From a virus: a stretch of 64,000 nt of DNA. The notes beneath the pieces are model-generated. The model was given only the letters and a program-made list of their open reading frames with translations, was not told the DNA's origin and ran no database searches. This document shows, in pieces, positions 58,420 through 64,000 of the stretch (position 1 is its first letter; every line of letters starts with the position of its first letter). The stretch spans positions 11,587 to 75,586 of IMG/VR virus record IMGVR_UViG_3300024346_000039; one strand, 5' to 3'. The translations under genes and the position numbers were made by a program.

Positions 58420-61037
58420 GCCAAGACATTAATAAATTAGCCGCTTCTGCGGAATGGTATGGATACCAAAATTGGAAAATTCTTCCTTGCTATGGAATTA
58501 ATAGCGGAAAATGTACTTGCGGTAATTCGCACCCAGAACCAAAAGACATTGGTAAGCACCCTGCAATAAATCAGTGGAATGCTGCTGCAACATCAGACTT
58601 AACAAAAATTTCTAGTTGGTGGCACTCAGACCCTGACTACAACGTTGGTGTCTACTGTCGTCCATCTGGTTTTCTTGTAATTGATATTGACCCGCGGTCT
58701 GGTGGTGTCGAGTCATTTGAAAAATTCCAATCTTTAGTTGAAGGCGCATTACCGCCAACAGTTGAGGCACTAACTGGTCAATACATGAACAACGGTAAAA
58801 ATGTTCGTGGACGACATTTATATTACAAGTGCAGTCCTGATGAAGAACTTATTGGAAATCTAAATAAGGCTGGACTAAAAGGTATTGATATTAAGCACAA
58901 CGGTTATGTGCTGATTGCTCCTTCACGTCACTTCACTGGCATCAGTTATGAGTGGGTTGAGGGTAAGGGTCCTCACGAGATGGAGATGGCTGAAGCGCCT
59001 GAACAACTTTTAGAGTTTATTCGTAAGCGCAACTCTCGCTCTGGCACAAAGGTAGGGACTGGAGATTGGGAATCAATCTTTGGTGACCTTGAGTTTGATA
59101 AGAAAAAACTTGATGTTGACAAGATGCTTGGAGAAGGTCTTGTTGAAGGAGAGCGTGCTGTAGGTCTTTATCAAATTGCTTGCGCTTTAGCCAATAAGTT
59201 CCCTATTGATACTGAAGCAGGAAAACTTGCTGTAGAGACTTTAATGATTCGCTTTAACCACGAAAAAGTTAAGCCTCCTATGCCACTAGAAGGACCTAAT
59301 AGCGTAACAATGCACACTCGTCGTGCTATTGAGTTTGTTCTTAAAAATCCTAAGAGTGATTTTACTAGTGAGCAGTCTTGGCCTGGATTATTAGACTGGG
59401 CTAATAAAAGCCAAGAAGAGTCTCAGGCAAAGATTATTAAACAAAACTCTGATGACTATTCAGTAAGAACAGAACTTCAGCCAATGACTGGAGTTGTTAG
59501 ACCACCTGCTGTTCCTATGTATCAAGAAAATGATGACGTTGCTTATGGCGAAGTTATTGCAAATACACTGCATGATTTGCCTGGTGATGTGGATGCAGTA
59601 AATCCTCAAGATGGTGGTCAAAAGGGGATGCGTTCATTTACCGATATTGGTAATGGACGTCGCTTAGTTGATACATATGAAGACTCTATTCGTTACACGC
59701 CTGGCATCGGTTGGTTCCACTGGGACGATACATATTGGAAGCCAGACCCTGAAGCGCTAGAGATTAGAGAATTAGCAAAGCGAATTCCTTCTCTTATTGC
59801 AAAACAATCTACTCAGTATGCCGATGCGGATAAACAAAGTGAAGCAATCCGCTGGGCAAACCTAAGCAAGTCAATTGCTCGACTTCGTTCTGGTATTGAT
59901 GCGGCTAACTCTGACCCCCGTGTAACCCTCCCTGTTCAAGACTGGGATAAGGATGAGTATTTACTTGGTGTAAGAAATGGTGTTATTGACCTTCGCACTG
60001 GTGAACTTTTGCGAAATAGACCAGACCTATACATCACAAAGCGTGCACCAGTTGGTTATGTAAAAGGTCAGCGCAATGTTCGTTGGGAACAATTCTTAGA
60101 CTTTGCAACTGACGGCGATAAGGAATATCAAGATTGGCTACAGCGTGCTGCTGGATACTCTCTTACTGGTTCTCGTCGTTACGATGTTATGTTCTTGGTT
60201 TATGGACCTCCAGGCTCTGGTAAAAATACATTTGTAGAAGCCATTGTTAAATGTCTTGGAACAAAAGAATATGCATGGCCACTTGACTCAAGCATTCTTG
60301 CTCAAAATGATGGGCGAGCATCTGGACAAGACCTATACCACTGGGCTGAACTTCGTGGTCGTCGCCTTGTATGGGTTGACGAACTTCCAGACTCAGAGCG
60401 TTTGAAAGAAAACTCTGTTAAGAAGTTAACTGGTTCATCTGAAATTTCTGCTCGTTCTCCTGGAGAAAAGCCGTTTACTTTTGAATCTCGTGCAAAGTTG
60501 TGGGTATCAACTAACCACCGACCAATCATTACTGATGATGCTATGTGGCGTCGTATTCGACCTATTCCATTCTTAAAGGTTCCAGAAAACCCTGACCCTG
60601 AGTTAAAAGAATATATTTTTGACCCAGAGGGTGGGCTTCCTGGTGTTCTTTCTTGGGCTATTGAAGGTGCTATTAAAGTTCTTGGCTCTGGCTCTCGTGA
60701 TGGTCTTGGAACTTGTCGTGTAGTTAGCGAAGCATCTGATGTTTACCGTAAAAACGAAGATAGAATTGGTATCTTTATGGCAGAAGAAACTAATGAAAAT
60801 GAAGGAGTCAATGTTCAACTCAAGACTCTTTACACTGTCTATCGTGCGTGGAGCGATGACCGAGGCGAACGTCCTATGACTCAGATTGCTTTCCACCGCA
60901 GATTGGTAGAGAAGCAGTATCAAGTTGAGGGCGTTGGCTCTAATGCAATAGTTAAAGGCCGTTCTTTAGTTCCTCGTGTTCTACCTAGCGGCACTCCAAT
61001 GGATGTAGATTGGAGCATTGCTGCTCGATTTAGATGA
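58416..61037 (+). CDS. Bifunctional primase-polymerase fused to a D5/P4-type SF3 helicase
   Basis: GKHP, VIDID, GRHLYY, GYVLIAPS.H; TDIGNG.R; NGVIDLRTG; Walker A GPPGSGKNT; TNHRP...DDAMWRR. Confidence 0.92.
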   Translation: MSQDINKLAASAEWYGYQNWKILPCYGINSGKCTCGNSHPEPKDIGKHPAINQWNAAATSDLTKISSWWHSDPDYNVGVYCRPSGFLVIDIDPRSGGVESFEKFQSLVEGALPPTVEALTGQYMNNGKNVRGRHLYYKCSPDEELIGNLNKAGLKGIDIKHNGYVLIAPSRHFTGISYEWVEGKGPHEMEMAEAPEQLLEFIRKRNSRSGTKVGTGDWESIFGDLEFDKKKLDVDKMLGEGLVEGERAVGLYQIACALANKFPIDTEAGKLAVETLMIRFNHEKVKPPMPLEGPNSVTMHTRRAIEFVLKNPKSDFTSEQSWPGLLDWANKSQEESQAKIIKQNSDDYSVRTELQPMTGVVRPPAVPMYQENDDVAYGEVIANTLHDLPGDVDAVNPQDGGQKGMRSFTDIGNGRRLVDTYEDSIRYTPGIGWFHWDDTYWKPDPEALEIRELAKRIPSLIAKQSTQYADADKQSEAIRWANLSKSIARLRSGIDAANSDPRVTLPVQDWDKDEYLLGVRNGVIDLRTGELLRNRPDLYITKRAPVGYVKGQRNVRWEQFLDFATDGDKEYQDWLQRAAGYSLTGSRRYDVMFLVYGPPGSGKNTFVEAIVKCLGTKEYAWPLDSSILAQNDGRASGQDLYHWAELRGRRLVWVDELPDSERLKENSVKKLTGSSEISARSPGEKPFTFESRAKLWVSTNHRPIITDDAMWRRIRPIPFLKVPENPDPELKEYIFDPEGGLPGVLSWAIEGAIKVLGSGSRDGLGTCRVVSEASDVYRKNEDRIGIFMAEETNENEGVNVQLKTLYTVYRAWSDDRGERPMTQIAFHRRLVEKQYQVEGVGSNAIVKGRSLVPRVLPSGTPMDVDWSIAARFR

Positions 61038-61045
61038 TTAAAAAA

Positions 61046-62461
61046 TTAACGAGGTTTAAAAACTCTAGCGCCCCCGTTGCCATAGCCGCCCCTTATACCT
61101 GGGATACGGCGGGCAGCGGGGGATTTTGCTGTTAACTTACCGCCAACAAATCCTTGCGGTGGTTTGATAAGCAATGCAGTCATTGCGTGGACAAGTGCGT
61201 CAACACGGTCAGGAGATTTACTTGTTTCTCCTGGAATCCAAGATGTCATCTGGTCTTCTAACTCTGCAAGATATCCAATGTGATGAACACGTTGTTGTTC
61301 GTATGCAAGAACAATAGGTTCTGCACGAAGAGCCTTACCATGCTTAGAGTGAACTTCAAATACTTTAATGTTTGGGTCAATAGAGTTGATAGCGTTACGC
61401 ACTAGTGCGCCACCTTGGTTTACTTCTGCTACAACTGGGCACCCCCACCGGCGAGCCATTTCAACAACTTTGTTTGCCCACACTTCGGGTGAGCCGTGAA
61501 TAGTTGCATCTTCTAATACCCACGCCTGTCGCTTATATAAATCTCTATCTGCTGTTGAAGCGCATACAACAATTCCACACTCATCTCGTGGGTTCTCAGC
61601 AACTGATGGGTCAACACCAATTACACGCAATGGAGTCTGTCCTGGGTATTGTGCAATACGGGTTGATTCCAGCATTTCTAAAGTCCATAAAGCACCTTCA
61701 ACTGAGTCAAGCATCTCGCCATAAAGTTCTTGAGCAGCAAGACGAGTTCCAGCATAAACGCCAGTAATTGTGTCTAGATAAGTTTCGCTAAGGTTTCCTT
61801 GGTTGTCCATTGTGCTTCCACGACTAACAACAACTTTGCCACCCTTCTTTGCTTCATCAAGAAGCGAATAGAGTAGAGGAACACGCTTTGGTGTTGTAGT
61901 AACCATAATCTGTGGGTTTGCTCCAAGACGAGTTCCAACACGCAAGTTATCAAATGCAGTCATGCCAGCAGCATCAGGTGTTTGACGCCAAGCAGCAACC
62001 TCATCTCCCCAAGCGTGTGTGAATTGGGGACCACGAAGCGAGTCTGGTTCGTCAGCAGTAAAACAAGTTGCGGTGTTTCCGTTAGGCCAAGTTAAGCGAC
62101 GCTTTGATGGTTCATATAGTGGGCGCTCGCTAGGTGGGGTTACATTCATAATCCCCGATTCACCTTCAACAATAACGTCACGCACATCGGCAGCAGTACG
62201 AGCAACAAGAGCAAAACGACGCTGTCCTTCAGTTGTATATTTTGCTTGCTCTCTTACCCATTCAGCAGCGCTACGAGTTTTTCCAGCGCCACGACCAGCA
62301 AGATAAATCCAAATATTCCAATTACCTTCAGGGGCTAATTGTTCAGGACGGCCCCACATACTCCAATCCCATAAAAGTTGGTCCGGGTCTAATCCTGATA
62401 GGGCCATTGCTCTTTCTTCTGGAGGAAGTTTGGCAATAATCTCCATCATTGATTCAGCCAC
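61046..62461 (-). CDS. terL: Terminase large subunit
   Basis: GRGAGKT, LRGPQF..AWGDE, TTTPK, QELYGE, VIGVDP, EVNQGG and SPDRVDA motifs. Confidence 0.93.
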   Translation of the reverse strand: MAESMMEIIAKLPPEERAMALSGLDPDQLLWDWSMWGRPEQLAPEGNWNIWIYLAGRGAGKTRSAAEWVREQAKYTTEGQRRFALVARTAADVRDVIVEGESGIMNVTPPSERPLYEPSKRRLTWPNGNTATCFTADEPDSLRGPQFTHAWGDEVAAWRQTPDAAGMTAFDNLRVGTRLGANPQIMVTTTPKRVPLLYSLLDEAKKGGKVVVSRGSTMDNQGNLSETYLDTITGVYAGTRLAAQELYGEMLDSVEGALWTLEMLESTRIAQYPGQTPLRVIGVDPSVAENPRDECGIVVCASTADRDLYKRQAWVLEDATIHGSPEVWANKVVEMARRWGCPVVAEVNQGGALVRNAINSIDPNIKVFEVHSKHGKALRAEPIVLAYEQQRVHHIGYLAELEDQMTSWIPGETSKSPDRVDALVHAMTALLIKPPQGFVGGKLTAKSPAARRIPGIRGGYGNGGARVFKPR

Positions 62462-62934
62462 GAATTAGTCCTTTGTAGAGCACGCTGTGCGCCATAGTAG
62501 AGAGGTGTTGCAGATTTAAGTCCTAGACCTTTTGCTAAATCTTGAAGTGAAAAACCATTTTGATATTCAATAGCGAGTTGTCTGTGATACTCGGTAGCAC
62601 CAATTTCTTTTGCAGTTTTTACTCTTTCAATTGCTGCTGGAAGTTCTGACCTGTGAGCACGACGCTTTGGTTTAATATCTGAAATTGAAACTGTTTCCAT
62701 AATTACACGACGGCGAAGTCCAGGGTAAGCAACATTAAGAGCCTTGGCTAAAGAAGGAAGACTTCCACCTTTAGATTGGAATTCAATTAATAGTCGTGTA
62801 TATTCTCGACTGGCTTCGTGGGCAGGAGTGTCTTGCGTCCTTGAGCCATATGCTTTTTTAGCCAGCGGAAGTAGTGGCTCGATGAGTGTTTTGTATTGCT
62901 CGGTTAGTTGCTCGTCCATCATCTCTCCATACAT
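62446..62934 (-). CDS. Tandem HTH protein (possible terminase small subunit or regulator)
   Basis: Two repeats EY...L.....G.SL..LAK.L. Overlaps the terL start. Confidence 0.6.
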   Translation of the reverse strand: MYGEMMDEQLTEQYKTLIEPLLPLAKKAYGSRTQDTPAHEASREYTRLLIEFQSKGGSLPSLAKALNVAYPGLRRRVIMETVSISDIKPKRRAHRSELPAAIERVKTAKEIGATEYHRQLAIEYQNGFSLQDLAKGLGLKSATPLYYGAQRALQRTNSWLNQ

Positions 62935-62976
62935 AGTTAATTCACTATATATAGAATAACTTAAAAACAGACGGTA

Positions 62977-63156
62977 TTAGTCCTCGGCGTCGTCTTCTTT
63001 TGGATTTCTTATTGGGTATGTAATAGCCCAGGCAACAAAGGTTCCAAGAATTGCATATCCCACTATGGTCTTTGCTGAGCCGTCAAGAACTACCCAAGCA
63101 ATGAACATACCTAAAAGTGTCCACAGTTGGTCAATCATGTCTCTTATAATTTTCAT
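62977..63156 (-). CDS. Small two-TM membrane protein (59 aa; not in the ORF track)
   Basis: MKIIRDMIDQLWTLLGMFIAWVVLDGSAKTIVGYAILGTFVAWAITYPIRNPKEDDAED. ATGA overlap with the upstream gene and an AAGGAG RBS. Confidence 0.75.
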   Translation of the reverse strand: MKIIRDMIDQLWTLLGMFIAWVVLDGSAKTIVGYAILGTFVAWAITYPIRNPKEDDAED

Positions 63157-64000
63157 GGCTTTGGTCTCCTTCTAACGCCTCTACTATCACCTGATGGGCC
63201 TCCCCCACCAGAACTTCCTCCACCAGAACTTCCTCCAGTAGAACCGCCAGTTGAGCCTGAAGCGGCAGCAGCAACTGCATTCATCGCTGCACCAGCAGCA
63301 ACAACAGTTGCAACAATTGCTTCAGTTGACTCTTGTCGTTCTTCATCTGACATATCTGCACCAATACTGCCTAATGCAAGTAACGCTTGAGCAGGGTCGT
63401 CAAACATAGTAGACAGTAATTCTACAGGATTTGCAAGCACCTCTAGTGCTGCTGCAACCTCGGCGGTAACAACAACTTCATTACCATTTGCATCTTGACG
63501 AACTTCTACAGGGGTTTCTGCTGGTAGGTCTTCGTAGGCAATTCCAGCATCCTGAATCTGCTCTTTTGTAAGTGTCTCGCCTGGAGCAACTGACTCAATA
63601 AGAGCATCTGCAATAAGGTCTTTTTCAGCCTCTGTTAACTTTCCGTCAGCAGAAAGCGCATCTGAAAGATTATTAACTTCTTCAGATGTAATTTCACCAT
63701 CAGCATTTAGCGCATCTAAAATCTCTTCAGCATCTGCTGCTGTAATTTTTCCATCACCAAGTGCATCTTCTACAGCAGTATCAACAACTTCTTCTTGTGT
63801 TGGTTCTGGTTCTGGTTCTGGTTCTGGTGCAGGTGGCTCTTCAGGTTCTACTGGTGGCTCTTCAGGTTCTACTGGTGGCTCTTCAGGTTCTACTGGTGGC
63901 TCTTCAGGTTCTACTGGTGGCTCTTCAGGTTCTACTGGTGGCTCTTCAGGTTCTACTGGTGGCTCTTCAGGTTCTACTGGTGGCTCTTCAGGTTCTACTG
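63153..64000 (-). CDS. C-terminal part of a large acidic, probably membrane-anchored protein (5' truncated)
   Basis: Open frame from the window edge: (PVEPEEP)n, three DG[KE][IL]T EF-hand-like repeats, hydrophobic Ala/Val helix, Gly/Ser linker, basic RRRPKP end. Confidence 0.8.
   Translation of the reverse strand, partial: VEPEEPPVEPEEPPVEPEEPPVEPEEPPVEPEEPPVEPEEPPVEPEEPPVEPEEPPAPEPEPEPEPTQEEVVDTAVEDALGDGKITAADAEEILDALNADGEITSEEVNNLSDALSADGKLTEAEKDLIADALIESVAPGETLTKEQIQDAGIAYEDLPAETPVEVRQDANGNEVVVTAEVAAALEVLANPVELLSTMFDDPAQALLALGSIGADMSDEERQESTEAIVATVVAAGAAMNAVAAAASGSTGGSTGGSSGGGSSGGGGPSGDSRGVRRRPKP
63832..63999. repeat. 21-bp perfect tandem repeat x8 (coding PVEPEEP)
   Basis: ggtggctcttcaggttctact repeated 8 times and running off the window edge. 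Confidence 0.95.

Larger units (their letters stand above)
1..64000. mobile_element. Segment of a large tailed dsDNA bacteriophage genome (siphovirus-type, probable actinobacterial host)
   Basis: Capsid, tail, tape measure, terminase, PolA, prim-pol/helicase and WhiB genes. No host housekeeping genes or integrase. Confidence 0.95.

Noticed and set aside
63832-63999. 21-bp repeats as a CRISPR array
   Set aside because: Perfect head-to-tail repeats with no spacers, in frame within a CDS.
1-64000. Stop-codon reassignment, tRNAs, introns, integrase, portal, endolysin
   Set aside because: Genes are intact under the standard code and end in TAA, TAG and TGA. No cloverleaf, split gene or matching motifs were seen; portal and lysin probably lie outside the window.

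Overview
The whole window is part of a large, gene-dense, moderately AT-rich tailed phage genome with a siphovirus-type tail. Two WhiB genes, an actinophage-style head module and leaderless -10 promoters point to an actinobacterial host, plausibly a low-GC freshwater lineage (inference). Plus strand 1-25.6 kb: the 3' end of a giant polyvalent protein (ArdC-N + MPTase), two acidic mini-proteins, a 1900-aa multidomain capsid maturation protease, scaffold-fused major capsid and a second capsid-like protein, then tail tube, head-tail joining, chaperone, tape measure, Dit, hub and an S74-chaperone tail fibre. Plus strand 25.6-36.9 kb: PolA, RuvC-like resolvase, SNF2 helicase, Cas4-like exonuclease, Sak4-like ATPase, SSB, two glycosyltransferase-like genes, DUF6378 and two WhiBs. 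Minus strand 36.9-58 kb: an approximately 19-kb block of collagen-like (GPT/GAT) and Gly/Thr-rich fibre genes ending in a GT2-TPR glycosyltransferase and an O-methyltransferase, preceded by a metallophosphoesterase trio. The window ends with HTH + primase-polymerase/helicase (+), then terminase, tandem HTH and a truncated membrane-anchored repeat protein (-). Best leads: (1) a putative BclA-like glycosylated collagen fibre coat with its own glycosyl- and methyltransferase; (2) a head protease that looks like a self-processing polyprotein punctuated by a recurring hydrophobic-x-A-[AS] motif; (3) a switch-like structured leader RNA over the capsid RBS; (4) small beta-modules repeatedly and nestedly inserted into many virion proteins; (5) apparent genome-wide avoidance of GATC, AGCT and CTGCAG. 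No portal, lysin, integrase, tRNA, CRISPR array or reverse transcriptase was seen in this window. All family assignments come from motif recognition by eye, not from database searches.
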